A stretch of DNA of 63,916 bases, the filler included. It is 7 parts of 7 records of this genome, joined end to end, with 100 filler letters (N's around TTAATTAATTAA, not from the genome) between each part and the next. Parts side by side here need not be neighbours in the genome. Positions count along the whole stretch, not along the records: positions 33,181 to 54,017 come from SRR20825010_1298; 6 more parts are not named here. One strand, given 5' to 3'. Below, one piece after another: positions 39,734-50,279 of this stretch; the stretch's first letter is position 1; every line of letters begins with the position of its first letter. The notes under the pieces are model-generated. The model saw only the letters and a program-made list of their open reading frames with translations, was not told the DNA's origin and searched no databases. A program made the position numbers and the translations under genes.

Positions 39734-40692
39734 CCACTCCTGCCGAACCGCTTCGTTATGCAATTTTAGGAAGTGGTGCGGTGGGCGGTTTGTACGGAGC
39801 CATGTTGGCCCGATCCGGATGCGACGTGCACTTTTTGTTGCATTCAGATTTTGAGCATGTTCGCGAAAACGGATTGCGAATCGAGAGTGTGCTGGGCGAC
39901 TTTGTTTTAGAGTCGCCGCAGGTCTACGATTCGGTCGAATCGATGCCGAAGTGCGATGTCGTGATCATCGCGCTGAAGTCGACTCGCAATGCGTTGTTGG
40001 ACGAGTGGCTGCCGCGAGTCGTCGCTGATGATGGCGTGGTGCTGACCCTGCAAAACGGGTTGGATGTCGAAGCGGATGTGCGGCGGACAATTCCCGCCGG
40101 ACGAGTTCTCGGCGGTTGCTGTTTCCTTTGCAGCAACAAAGTTGGGCCGGGCCATATCCACCACTTGGATTACGGGCGGATCGCGTTTGGTGCCTACCAA
40201 GAACCTGGTGTGGATCCGTTGCGTGCCAATGAGGTGGGCCGCCGCATCGAAGCGGACATGCAATCAGCAGGCATCGACGCGAATTGGAGCGATGATTTGG
40301 CGAAGACACGTTGGCGAAAGTTGATGTGGAATATCCCTTTCAATGGATTGTCGGTTGTTTTGGATGCTTCGACGGATCGAATCATTGGCTCGCAACCTGG
40401 TCGCGACTTGGCAAATCAATTGATCGCGGAAGTTCACGCGGGTGCCGCGGCATGCGGCGTGGAAATCGACGAAAAGGCGATTCGGGCAACGATGGAACAC
40501 ACCGAAACCATGGTTCCCTACGACAGCAGCATGCGGTTGGACTTTCTGGCCAAGCGACCGATGGAAGTCGAAGCGATCTTTGGCAACCCGCTGCGAGCGA
40601 TCGGAGATCGTGCGAGCGAAATCGCTCCGTCGATTTCGATGCTGTATCAACAGCTCGCGTTTTTCAACGAAGCGATTTGCCAAGACGCTTGA
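39730..40692 (+). CDS. panE: 2-dehydropantoate 2-reductase family protein
   Basis: GSGAVGG, LQNG, WRKLMWN, SSMRLD and EVEAI motifs. Confidence 0.85.
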   Translation: MTTPAEPLRYAILGSGAVGGLYGAMLARSGCDVHFLLHSDFEHVRENGLRIESVLGDFVLESPQVYDSVESMPKCDVVIIALKSTRNALLDEWLPRVVADDGVVLTLQNGLDVEADVRRTIPAGRVLGGCCFLCSNKVGPGHIHHLDYGRIAFGAYQEPGVDPLRANEVGRRIEADMQSAGIDANWSDDLAKTRWRKLMWNIPFNGLSVVLDASTDRIIGSQPGRDLANQLIAEVHAGAAACGVEIDEKAIRATMEHTETMVPYDSSMRLDFLAKRPMEVEAIFGNPLRAIGDRASEIAPSISMLYQQLAFFNEAICQDA

Positions 40693-40695
40693 ACG

Positions 40696-42831
40696 TTATC
40701 CAAGAGCCTTCTTGGAGACGGCGATTCGTTTGCGATCGAGGTCAATTTCGAGGACTTTGACTTTGACAACATCGCCGACCGAAACGACTTCGGAAGGATC
40801 GCTGACGAACTGGTTCGCCAACTGAGAAACGTGGATCAGTCCGTCTTGGTGGACACCGAGATCGATGAACGCGCCGAAGTGCGTCACGTTGGTGATGACG
40901 CCTTCCAGCACCATTCCTTCGCGAAGATCTTCCATCGATTGGACCGAATCATCGAACTGGGCGACTTTGAATTCGCTTCGCGGATCGCGGCCAGGTTTGC
41001 CCAGTTCCGCGATGATGTCACGGATGGTTGGAATGCCGAAGCGATCGTCGACAAATGAATCGGGTTGCAGTTTTTGGCTGAGCGTCGCGTTGCCAACCAA
41101 CGTCTTCACGTCGGCATGGAGCTGCTTGGCCATGCGACTGACCAGCGTGTAGCTTTCCGGGTGCACGGCGGAATTGTCGAGAGGTTCATCACCACCGCGA
41201 ATTCGCAAAAAGCCGGCGGCTTGTTCGAAGGCTTTCTTGCCAAGTTTGGGTACCTTGGTCAATTCCTTTCGGCTGCCGAAACGCCCGTTTGTGTCGCGAT
41301 ACTGAACAATGTTCTCTGCCAATTTCGGTCCGATGCCGGCCACTCGCGACAGCAAAGGAACGCTTGCCATATTCAAGTCGACGCCGACGCGGTTCACGCA
41401 GCTTTCGACGGTTCGATCGAGGCACTTGCGAAGCTGGGTCTGATTCACGTCGTGTTGGTACTGCCCCACACCGATTGATTTCGGATCGGTCTTGACCAAT
41501 TCCGCCAGCGGATCTTGCAGGCGGCGTGCGATGCTGATGGCACCACGAACGGTGACGTCCAAATCGGGGAATTCTTTGCCAGCCAGTTCGCTGGCCGAAT
41601 AGATCGACGCACCTGATTCGCTGACCATCACCTTGGTCACATCGAGTTTGTTGTCGCGAATGAGTTGACCGACAAAGGCATCGGTTTCTCGCGAGGCGGT
41701 CCCGTTGCCAATTGCGATCAGTTCAACATTGTGTTTCTGTATGAGTGCGAGTAGCTGTTTTGATGCTCCGGCAGTGTCGGATTTGGGCGGCGTTGGATAG
41801 ATCGTGGTGTTGGCCAAGAACTTTCCCGTGCCATCAACCACGGCAACTTTGCATCCGGTGCGAAAACCGGGATCGATACCGATCGTCACGCGAGGACCGG
41901 CGGGAGGCGACATCAGAAGCTCGTGCAGGTTTTTGCCAAACACATCGATGGCTTCTTCGTCAGCTTTCTCTTTCAACATTTGCAGGACGGTGGACTGCGT
42001 TGCCGGTTGAAGCAAACGTTGAAAACAGTCTTCTGCGGCTGATTCGAGTTCTCTGGCGAATTCGAACGAGCGGTTTTGGATGAACGTGGATTTGACGTGC
42101 GAAATGGCACGGTCTTCTTCCATTTTCAGCCCGACACGCAGGATGCCTTCCGCTTCGCCACGCAACATTGCAAGCAATCGGTGACCTGGAATGCGAGCGG
42201 CTGATTCGGCACGATCCAGGTAGGCTTCGTATTTGTCCGCTTCGTCCTTCTTGCCGCGTTTGACCGCTGAAGTGATCTGCCCGAACTTGGTTCCTTTCTC
42301 GACCATCCACTCACGAACCGACGCGTCTTCGCTCCATTGTTCAGCAACGATGTCCAGGGCGCCGGCCAGAGCCGCGTCGGTGTCGGCGACATCCAAATCT
42401 TGATTGACAAATTCTTGGAGTGTTTGCTGTTTCGATTGAGACAGCTTGGTTTGTTTGAGCAGCAGATCAGCCAGCGGTTGAAGCCCTTTTTCGCGTGCGA
42501 TGGTTGCTCGCGTGCGGCGTTTGGGCTTGTATGGCAGGTACAAAGCCTCGAGAGCTCGCAAGTCCGTGCAGGCTTCGATCTGTTTGCGAAGCTCAGCGGT
42601 CAACGCACCTTGTTCTTCGATCGTTTTGAGAACGGTTGCCTTTCGAGAGAGCAGGGCATTGTGCTTTTCGAGAGCGTCTTCGATCGCGCGCAGAGCGATT
42701 TCGTCCAAACCGCCGGTGACCTCTTTGCGATACCGGGCGATGAAGGGAATCGTGTTGCCGGCTTCGAGTAGCTCGATGACCGCGGCGACTTGTTTCTCTG
42801 GAAGATTCAGTTCACGAGCGATGGATTGCAT
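40696..42831 (-). CDS. tex: Tex RNA-binding protein
   Basis: GNTIPFIARYRKE, DPGFRTGCK, SIGVGQYQHD and C-terminal S1 domain. Confidence 0.96.
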   Translation of the reverse strand: MQSIARELNLPEKQVAAVIELLEAGNTIPFIARYRKEVTGGLDEIALRAIEDALEKHNALLSRKATVLKTIEEQGALTAELRKQIEACTDLRALEALYLPYKPKRRTRATIAREKGLQPLADLLLKQTKLSQSKQQTLQEFVNQDLDVADTDAALAGALDIVAEQWSEDASVREWMVEKGTKFGQITSAVKRGKKDEADKYEAYLDRAESAARIPGHRLLAMLRGEAEGILRVGLKMEEDRAISHVKSTFIQNRSFEFARELESAAEDCFQRLLQPATQSTVLQMLKEKADEEAIDVFGKNLHELLMSPPAGPRVTIGIDPGFRTGCKVAVVDGTGKFLANTTIYPTPPKSDTAGASKQLLALIQKHNVELIAIGNGTASRETDAFVGQLIRDNKLDVTKVMVSESGASIYSASELAGKEFPDLDVTVRGAISIARRLQDPLAELVKTDPKSIGVGQYQHDVNQTQLRKCLDRTVESCVNRVGVDLNMASVPLLSRVAGIGPKLAENIVQYRDTNGRFGSRKELTKVPKLGKKAFEQAAGFLRIRGGDEPLDNSAVHPESYTLVSRMAKQLHADVKTLVGNATLSQKLQPDSFVDDRFGIPTIRDIIAELGKPGRDPRSEFKVAQFDDSVQSMEDLREGMVLEGVITNVTHFGAFIDLGVHQDGLIHVSQLANQFVSDPSEVVSVGDVVKVKVLEIDLDRKRIAVSKKALG

Positions 42832-42920
42832 AGGACGAATTGTCAGTGCTGCGAAAGGTTGCGAAGTCGATGGTGGATCGGTGAATCATTTCGGATGAAA
42901 CGATCGAGCGGCAGTGATAC

Positions 42921-43460
42921 TCAAGCGTGTCGTCGTTGTGCCATCTCAAAATGGTGTTTCACGGCGCGGCCGCTGATGGTTGTCTTTTCTAACAGCTCTT
43001 TGGTGATTGCGCGGATTGCTTCGAGGTTGGCTTCGTCGTTGAGAATGTGTTCTGTTTTGGAAAGCATGCGTTTGAGCAGTGTTTCATGCTGTCGCTGGGA
43101 CGCGGCTCGTGTGCACAATCTTGCCGAGACCTCTCGCAAGTCCTGCGACGCACCCGCCGGGCAATAGACTCCTGTGAAACGCGATTCGGAAACCATCCCG
43201 GCTAGCAAAACCAGCACGTCGTCTTCGAGTTGGTCCTTGCTGCCTTTGGATCGGCTCTTTTTGATTTCGCAGGTGCCAAGACGTGATCCACCGAACTGCA
43301 GCTTACCGGGAGCAATGGTGACCTTTTGAATGCTTCGTCCGACGGCCATCGCCATCACCGCGTGGCCGGCTTCGTGATACGCGGTCGCGATGGTTTCTTT
43401 GGAAGCGGTGGGGGAGGGAGGTGACTCCCCGTTTTCGGTCGTGTCTTCGTTCGGTTTCAT
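42921..43460 (-). CDS. Stand-alone peptidase M41 (FtsH protease domain)-like protein
   Basis: TAYHEAGHA, LLAG..SE, GASQD and ELLEKTTISG; no AAA domain. Confidence 0.8.
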   Translation of the reverse strand: MKPNEDTTENGESPPSPTASKETIATAYHEAGHAVMAMAVGRSIQKVTIAPGKLQFGGSRLGTCEIKKSRSKGSKDQLEDDVLVLLAGMVSESRFTGVYCPAGASQDLREVSARLCTRAASQRQHETLLKRMLSKTEHILNDEANLEAIRAITKELLEKTTISGRAVKHHFEMAQRRHA

Positions 43461-43765
43461 CGCGGCAGTATAGGTGAGATGAAGCACAGCAGCGATCACC
43501 TGATCATTGGCCTCATTCTTGCCACGGCCGCCGGAGCGAGGAGCTTTTCGAAGTGTTGTGAATTGAATTTCAAACGAATGCGCTGTGGTGGGGTGTTCCG
43601 GAGGATTTGGGATCAATCCTCCCTCGCAATTTTCCGGGGCGACGTTGGTTGCAACGCCGGGCTGCTCCGCTCTGTTAAAATGTGCGGTCCAGGGGATCTG
43701 CCACGTGCCGAATCCCCCGCGTCTGTTTGGTCGCTCCCATCCCCATCCCCACTCAGAAGATTGCC

Positions 43766-45124
43766 ATGGAACGCCGTTCTTTTCTTGCTGCCAGTGCCGC
43801 TGCTGCCACCGTTGTTGCCACTCAATCAAATTCCGCTCAAGCAGACGAAAAGCGACGACCTCGCCGCGTCGCCTTGATCGGATGCGGTTGGTACGGCAAA
43901 TGTGATTTGCTACAGCTGATCAACATCGAGCCTGTTGAAGTGGTTTCGTTGTGCGACGTCGATCAAAAGTTGCTGGATGAATGTGCCGATCTGATCGCCT
44001 CTCGACAGAAGTCCGGCAACCGCCCCGAAACATTCGCGAATTACGAAGACTTGCTCGCCAAGAAGAACGTGGACATCGTTTTGGTTGATACGCCGGATCA
44101 CTGGCACGCGCTGCCGATGATCGCCGCGGTCGAAGCGGGGGCAGACGTTTACGTGCAAAAGCCAACGGGTGTCGACACGCTCGAAAGCAAAGCGATGTTG
44201 GATGCGGCACGCCGGACCGGACGCGTTGTGCAAGTCGGAACGCAGCGCCGTAGCACGCCGCACTTGATCGATGCGAAGAAGAACGTTGTCGATGCTGGGT
44301 TGCTGGGCAACGTCGCTTTCGCCGAAGTCTGCTGCTATTACCACATGCGAGCCAATTCGAATCCACCTGCGATCGATCCGCCTCCGCATTTTGACTACGA
44401 AGCTTGGACAGGTCCGGCCCCGATGCGTCCTTACACCGAGCTGACTCATCCACGCAAATGGCGAGCGTTCATGGAATATGGAAACGGCATCGTCGGCGAC
44501 ATGTGTGTCCACATGTTGGACTTGGTACGTTGGCAATTGGATCTTGGTTGGCCCAAGCGAATCAGCAGCGTGGGTGGCATCATGGTTCAGAAGGATTCAC
44601 TCGCCAACATCACGGACACACAAACAGCGACGTTTGACTTTGATGGCTTGGACGTGGTCTGGACCCACCGAAGTTGGGGCAGTGCTCCCGATCCCGAGTA
44701 CCCGTGGGCGGCCAAGATCTACGGCGACAAAGGCACGCTGAAGTTGAGCGTGAACAAATTTGAGTTTGAACCACGCGGTGGCGGCAAGAAATTGTCCGGC
44801 GAAGCGGTCATTGAGACTGACAGATACCCGACCGATGTCACCGACAAAGAGAAGTGGGCGTTGGAGCTGCACGTTGCCTCGGCAATTCGCGGTCACATGC
44901 GAGACTTTCTCGACGCGATTGACAACCGTTCCAAACCGGTTGCTGACATCGAACAAGGTCACATCAGCAGCGCGTCATGCTTCATGGCGAACGTGGCAAT
45001 GGAACTCGGTCGAACACTTGAATTTGATCCGGAAACGCACACGATCGTGGGTGATGAAGAAGCAACCAAGAAACTGAAAAGAAACTATCGGTCGCCTTAT
45101 CAACACCCCGCCGATCGGGCATGA
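43766..45124 (+). CDS. Gfo/Idh/MocA oxidoreductase, Tat-exported
   Basis: MERRSFL twin-Arg signal; IGCGWYG, TPDHWH, VQKP and GTQRRS motifs. Confidence 0.92.
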   Translation: MERRSFLAASAAAATVVATQSNSAQADEKRRPRRVALIGCGWYGKCDLLQLINIEPVEVVSLCDVDQKLLDECADLIASRQKSGNRPETFANYEDLLAKKNVDIVLVDTPDHWHALPMIAAVEAGADVYVQKPTGVDTLESKAMLDAARRTGRVVQVGTQRRSTPHLIDAKKNVVDAGLLGNVAFAEVCCYYHMRANSNPPAIDPPPHFDYEAWTGPAPMRPYTELTHPRKWRAFMEYGNGIVGDMCVHMLDLVRWQLDLGWPKRISSVGGIMVQKDSLANITDTQTATFDFDGLDVVWTHRSWGSAPDPEYPWAAKIYGDKGTLKLSVNKFEFEPRGGGKKLSGEAVIETDRYPTDVTDKEKWALELHVASAIRGHMRDFLDAIDNRSKPVADIEQGHISSASCFMANVAMELGRTLEFDPETHTIVGDEEATKKLKRNYRSPYQHPADRA

Positions 45125-45263
45125 TCGTCTCGCGGATCAAGATCGCCTGGATGGTAGACGCGAGTCACTGAGTGGTTTCGGTGTCTTGCATTCGTCATGG
45201 TTGTCGCATCAAACTTGGTGCGAATGCTGAACTTCTAAACGCTTAATGTTTCCTTGAGGGTGT

Positions 45264-46853
45264 GTGATGAATCGAAAATGGATCCGAGGTCTACTTGGCA
45301 TTGTGGTTGTGGTTTCACTTGCGGCGGATCGTCACGCGGCAAGCGCTGATGAGCCGACGCCCGGATACAACCACGAGATCCCGCAGAAAATCCTCACGCC
45401 GGATGTGGTCGAAACCAAGTTGCTCGGCGAATTGAAGTTTGATGATGGACGACCCGACGAAGCGACCAATGAGAAACTTTATGACTTCCTCACCGTAATA
45501 CGCGGCACAGAAGCCTTCCTGAACGGGATCCCCGCTACATCCATCGAAGGGCTTCGGTTGGGGCATGTTGAAATGGGACTGGAAACATCCAACCAGTTCA
45601 TGATTTTGGATCGCCTTTTAGATTCCAATCCGCTCTTTTTGACCGGCAACACCGACACCGTGTACTGCTCGGGATTCTTGGATCTCAAGCGGGATGGACC
45701 GACCGTCGTGGAGGTGCCCGCCAAATGTGGTCCTGGCACAGTCAACGACGCGTACTTTCGGTTCGTGGTCGATATGGGAGTCCCGGGGCCGGACCGAGGG
45801 AACGGGGGAAAGTACCTGATTCTGCCACCCGACTATGACGGCGAATGGGAGGGACCGATTGGAGGAAAGGCAACCGAAATCGATGGGGAAAACTACTTCG
45901 TCGTTCAGTCAACCAGTTGGGTGAACTGGGTGATTCTTCGCGGCTTTTTGGTTGATGGAAAACCGGATGCTTCCGCCGAGATGTTTCGCAACGGTCTGAA
46001 GGTTTACCCGTTGTCGAAGAAGTCAAACCCACCAGCGATGAAATTTGTTAGTGGGTCGGAGAAGAGTTTCAACACCATTCACGCCAACACCTTCGAGTTC
46101 TACGAAGAGTTGGCGACGGTGATCCAACGAGAACCGGTGAGCATGCTTGATCCCGAGCTGCGTGGGATCTTTGCCGCGATCGGTATCGAGAAGGGAAAGG
46201 AGTTTTCTCCAGATGAGAAGGAGAAACAACTGTTGACAGAGGCGGTTGCGATTGGCAATGCCACCGCTCGGTCAATTGTTTTCCGGCCGCGATTGACTGG
46301 CGTCAAATACTACCCGGGCAGCGCGTGGATGACCGCATTCATCGGTGGTGACTATCAGTGGTTGAAAGACGGTGGTCAGGGTGGACGCAATCTTGATGCG
46401 AGAACGCTTTTCTTTTACCAGGCAACGGTCAACACGCCGGCGATGGTTTTGAAGATGACCGGCAAGGGCTCACAATATGCCTACGCTGTCGTCGACAAGG
46501 AAGGACGATATTTGGACGGGAGCAAAACCTACAAGCTTCATCTTCCCGCCAACGTCCCGGTGAAAGACTTTTGGTCCGTGGTCATCTACGATCCGCAGAC
46601 TCGGTCCGAGTTGCAAACCGGGCAACCGTTCCCCAGCAAGAATAACAAGCGGGACAATCTGCAGACCAACCCAGATGGTTCGGTTGATCTCTATTTCGCA
46701 CCGGAGAGCCCAGCCGGAAAAGAATCGAATTGGATTCAAACCGTCTCTGGAAAAGGTTGGTACACGCTGCTTCGTCTTTATGGACCGTTGGATCCTTGGT
46801 TTGAAAAGACTTGGCGTCCCGGCGAGATCGAACTCGTCGATGACGCCGACTGA
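45264..46853 (+). CDS. DUF1254/DUF1214 secreted protein
   Basis: LTGNTDTVY, GPDRGNGGKYL, FWSVVIYD and LRLYGP motifs. Confidence 0.9.
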   Translation: MMNRKWIRGLLGIVVVVSLAADRHAASADEPTPGYNHEIPQKILTPDVVETKLLGELKFDDGRPDEATNEKLYDFLTVIRGTEAFLNGIPATSIEGLRLGHVEMGLETSNQFMILDRLLDSNPLFLTGNTDTVYCSGFLDLKRDGPTVVEVPAKCGPGTVNDAYFRFVVDMGVPGPDRGNGGKYLILPPDYDGEWEGPIGGKATEIDGENYFVVQSTSWVNWVILRGFLVDGKPDASAEMFRNGLKVYPLSKKSNPPAMKFVSGSEKSFNTIHANTFEFYEELATVIQREPVSMLDPELRGIFAAIGIEKGKEFSPDEKEKQLLTEAVAIGNATARSIVFRPRLTGVKYYPGSAWMTAFIGGDYQWLKDGGQGGRNLDARTLFFYQATVNTPAMVLKMTGKGSQYAYAVVDKEGRYLDGSKTYKLHLPANVPVKDFWSVVIYDPQTRSELQTGQPFPSKNNKRDNLQTNPDGSVDLYFAPESPAGKESNWIQTVSGKGWYTLLRLYGPLDPWFEKTWRPGEIELVDDAD

Positions 46854-46869
46854 GTTTTCGATCTGGATG

Positions 46870-47229
46870 CTATTTTTCCGACCATACACCGAACTCGTTT
46901 CCGGACGGTTCGGTGAAGTGGAAACGGCGGCCTCCGGGGAAGGAGAAGATGTCCAGGATCACGGTTCCACCCGACGTCTGGACTTTCGCCATCGTTGCTT
47001 CCAAATCATCGCTATAGAATACGACGAGCGCGGCGCCGTTCGACGTCAGCGATGATTTGTCGGACTGATAGAAACCACCGTCCAGGCCTGTCGATTTGTC
47101 GAAGGCGGTGTACTCGGGTCCGTAGTCGGTGAACTTCCAACCAAAACAGGTTTCAAAGAAGGTCTTGGTTTTTGCCATGTCTTTGGCGGGGATCTCGATG
47201 TAGTTGATCGATTCGTGTTGGTTGCTCAT
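46870..47229 (-). CDS. VOC/glyoxalase family protein
   Basis: INYIEIPA, FGWKFTDYGPEY and FPGGRRFHFTEPSGNE motifs. Confidence 0.92.
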   Translation of the reverse strand: MSNQHESINYIEIPAKDMAKTKTFFETCFGWKFTDYGPEYTAFDKSTGLDGGFYQSDKSSLTSNGAALVVFYSDDLEATMAKVQTSGGTVILDIFSFPGGRRFHFTEPSGNEFGVWSEK

Positions 47230-47303
47230 GCGAAGTCCTCAGGCGTGGAAGGGAAACGACGCCGCAAACCTAGCAGGTGGATTGCCGACAGGGCACACCT
47301 GAT

Positions 47304-50279
47304 TCATTCGACCTGCATCAAGTAAGCGATCAAGTCGGCCATCGCCTGCGGATCGAGTTGTTCTTCCAGGCCTTCCGGCATGATGGACATCCCGGTGCTT
47401 TGCAATCGTTCGATGTCGACTCGAAGCAGCAAATCTTTAGCCGATTCGGCACGCTGCAGCGTGATCGAAGTCGCTGATTCTTCGGTGATCATTCCTGTCA
47501 GCGTTCGTCCATCAACGTCCAAGGCAACATAGTTCAGATACTGAGGGTTCACTTCGCGGTTGGGATCCAAGACGTTGGTGAGGATGAAGTTAGCTCCGCG
47601 AGTTTTGACCGTCGCCAAATTCGGACCGATCGCATGACCGCGATTTTCGAGTCGATGGCAATTGGCACAATTTGTAGAGAAGAGCTTGCTGCCACGAGCG
47701 ACATCACCTGGCAATTGCAATGACTCTTGGTAGTCCTGGACGACTTGTTCGCGGTTCTTTGAACCGCTTGATTCGAGCAGCTCGGACGCGAGTTTCTGAA
47801 TCGATGAGTCGGTCGATTTGGCAGCGAGTTGCAAACGCGATCTGGAGACTTCGCTGAGAGGGATATCTCCCGATTTGATCGCGTTTAAAAGACCAAGCAA
47901 ACGGTCAGGCCGCGAAAACAGGATTTCGCTGGCCGTTTCGCGAAGGCTGGGGCTGAGGCTGCTCCACCGCGACAACAAGGTTTCGGTGATGTCGCTGGAA
48001 TCAAAACGGCCCCAAGTGATCATGGCCGCGCGTTGGATCGCGATGGGATGACGGCTGTCGATCAAGTTTGGCAAAACAGCTGACGCCCGAGACGCGGAGG
48101 CGTAACGCAAACTCTCAACCGCGCGGACGCGAACATCGACAGGTTCGGATTCATCGAGTGTGACTCGCTCAAGTCGTTCGAGCATCTCGCTCATCACGCC
48201 ATCAATCTTGGTTAGCTCACCGGAATCTGCGAGTTGATGAAGCAACGTGTCCTTGCGTGAGCGAGACTCCAGTAGCTTGCCGAGAATCGGAAGAGCAAAG
48301 TCGCCATCGTCGGGTGTCAGGTTCGACACCGCTGCGATCGCCATGCGGATATCGGTTGGACTGTTCTGCTGAGTGATCTGAGACGCCAAACGACCGACAA
48401 ATTCGCTGAGTCGGTGATCAAACGGCGTTGTGAGTAGCTCGGCAAACAATTCACCAGCACCGTCGGCAACGGAACTTTGCACCGCCGTTTGAATCCATCG
48501 GTCAGTGGGGTTTCGGCGAATGATCTTGGCAAGCGTTTGTGTCCTCTCGAAACCGGCAATCGACCCCGCGGTGAAAGCGAGCTGGTAGCGGACTTCAATC
48601 GATGGATCGTCGGTTCGTTCCGCGAGCTTGCTTCGCAAAGCTTCGCTAGACGGCAGTTTCTCCGTCAAGCGAATCGCTTGTTTTCGAATGGAAGGATGAG
48701 GATCGTTCAGTCTCGGAATGATGGTTTGTTCATCGAGTTGTTCGAGACCGTCCAGGACTGCTAACGCGTGCAAGCGTCCCAGCGGTGAGTCAGGGTGGTC
48801 GGCGACCTGTTTTAGTTCGGCGATGCACTCCGATTGTCGTTCGAACAGCAGACGGCTTGCCGTTTCGCGATGCCAAGCGTTGGGGTGAGCAAGGATTTCG
48901 ACCAATTCGAGATCGCTTGCACGATTCAGATTCGGAGTTGGTCGATGTTGGAATTTGTTTGGCACGAGTCGGTACAAACGGCCTCGATCGCGTCCCGAGG
49001 TCAGGTCCAAGTGCTGCTTGATTTCAGCAGGCAAACTTTTGGGGTGTTCAATGACTTCGCGACAAACGTCGATGATGTGCAGCGAACCATCCGGCGCATT
49101 TGCGAATTGAGCCGGCCGAAACCAAATGTCGGTGGAGGTGACTAGTTCGCTGTTGGTGTCGACTCGTTTGCCGACCCATTTCAATCCGTTGGTATGGAGT
49201 CGTTTGCGGTGGATGAGGTTGCTTCCCACATCGCCGATGATTGCCATGCCTTGAAAAGCCTCAGGCCAAGCGTCTCCGCGCACAATTGTGACTCCGGTGG
49301 CACCGGTGAAGTAGCCCGCCGCTCGACCGCCACCTTCAATCGGGCCGCGTGCCTTGCCGCTGACTCGCAAACGAGTGCGGACAATCCGCCAAGGTTCCAC
49401 GGGACTGGTTCGAAACACTTCGGCCTGCGGTCCATCTTCGGCAATCGACACTCTCGCTGCAGCGGGCTGCAAAAGTGGATTGCGACCGATGTAGTGATCT
49501 TCGTACATGACCTGCTGAAGGTGATCGCTGTTGGACGACACAAATTTGCGACCCCAATCGTCGAAACACATTCCGTGTTGAGCCGCACCGCTGGTCAGTT
49601 CAAATTCACCGGTCCGGGGATCCAACGCGATGTCACGGCCTCGAACATTGATCGCGTCCGATTCAGGTTGGCCCGGCCGCCGAATCATTCCGCCCGTGCT
49701 GCTGCACGCGATGTGAATACGATTGTCGAGTCCCCATCGAAACGAGTTCATGAGGCCCTGGACGTTGGATGTGCCGAATCCGGTCAAGACGGTGTCGCGC
49801 TGATCCGCTTTACCGTCGCCGTCCGTGTCCCGAAAATAGTAGAGGTTGGGTGCATCACCGACGAACAGTCCACCGTCCCACGGGAACAAACCGGTCGGCC
49901 AAAGAAGCCCTTCCGCAAAGATGGTGCTCGAGTCATAGACTCCGTCTTGGTTCACGTCCCGCAAATGAGAAATTCGCGAGATGCCTTTGTCACGATCTTC
50001 GCTGTAGCCTCGCATTTCGCAAACGAAAAGCGATCCATCCGCGGCCCATTCCATGGCCACGGGGCTGGTCACCAACGGTTCACTGGCGATCAATTGGATT
50101 TGAAAAACATCGGCAACTTGGAAGTTTTGCAGTGTTTCCAAGGGAGGAGTTGGTGGTACACGAGGAAGCTCGTCGGAGTAGTCATCCTGCGTGAATGCTG
50201 AAACGCTCACCAGCGAGAACGCGATGGAAACGCTGGCGATGAGTGATTGAAGCAGCAAAGAACGATTGGCTAGCATCAT
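47304..50279 (-). CDS. PVC-type heme-binding CxxCH dehydrogenase-domain protein
   Basis: ASEPLVTSP, DTDGDGKAD, DIWFRP, GRLYR, HEAT repeats, CANCH, GPNL and SIMPEGL. Confidence 0.92.
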   Translation of the reverse strand: MMLANRSLLLQSLIASVSIAFSLVSVSAFTQDDYSDELPRVPPTPPLETLQNFQVADVFQIQLIASEPLVTSPVAMEWAADGSLFVCEMRGYSEDRDKGISRISHLRDVNQDGVYDSSTIFAEGLLWPTGLFPWDGGLFVGDAPNLYYFRDTDGDGKADQRDTVLTGFGTSNVQGLMNSFRWGLDNRIHIACSSTGGMIRRPGQPESDAINVRGRDIALDPRTGEFELTSGAAQHGMCFDDWGRKFVSSNSDHLQQVMYEDHYIGRNPLLQPAAARVSIAEDGPQAEVFRTSPVEPWRIVRTRLRVSGKARGPIEGGGRAAGYFTGATGVTIVRGDAWPEAFQGMAIIGDVGSNLIHRKRLHTNGLKWVGKRVDTNSELVTSTDIWFRPAQFANAPDGSLHIIDVCREVIEHPKSLPAEIKQHLDLTSGRDRGRLYRLVPNKFQHRPTPNLNRASDLELVEILAHPNAWHRETASRLLFERQSECIAELKQVADHPDSPLGRLHALAVLDGLEQLDEQTIIPRLNDPHPSIRKQAIRLTEKLPSSEALRSKLAERTDDPSIEVRYQLAFTAGSIAGFERTQTLAKIIRRNPTDRWIQTAVQSSVADGAGELFAELLTTPFDHRLSEFVGRLASQITQQNSPTDIRMAIAAVSNLTPDDGDFALPILGKLLESRSRKDTLLHQLADSGELTKIDGVMSEMLERLERVTLDESEPVDVRVRAVESLRYASASRASAVLPNLIDSRHPIAIQRAAMITWGRFDSSDITETLLSRWSSLSPSLRETASEILFSRPDRLLGLLNAIKSGDIPLSEVSRSRLQLAAKSTDSSIQKLASELLESSGSKNREQVVQDYQESLQLPGDVARGSKLFSTNCANCHRLENRGHAIGPNLATVKTRGANFILTNVLDPNREVNPQYLNYVALDVDGRTLTGMITEESATSITLQRAESAKDLLLRVDIERLQSTGMSIMPEGLEEQLDPQAMADLIAYLMQVE

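Noticed and set aside
42921-43829. 302-aa version of the M41-like ORF
   Set aside because: The N-terminal extension overlaps the divergent oxidoreductase start and is low-quality sequence; the likely start is 43460.
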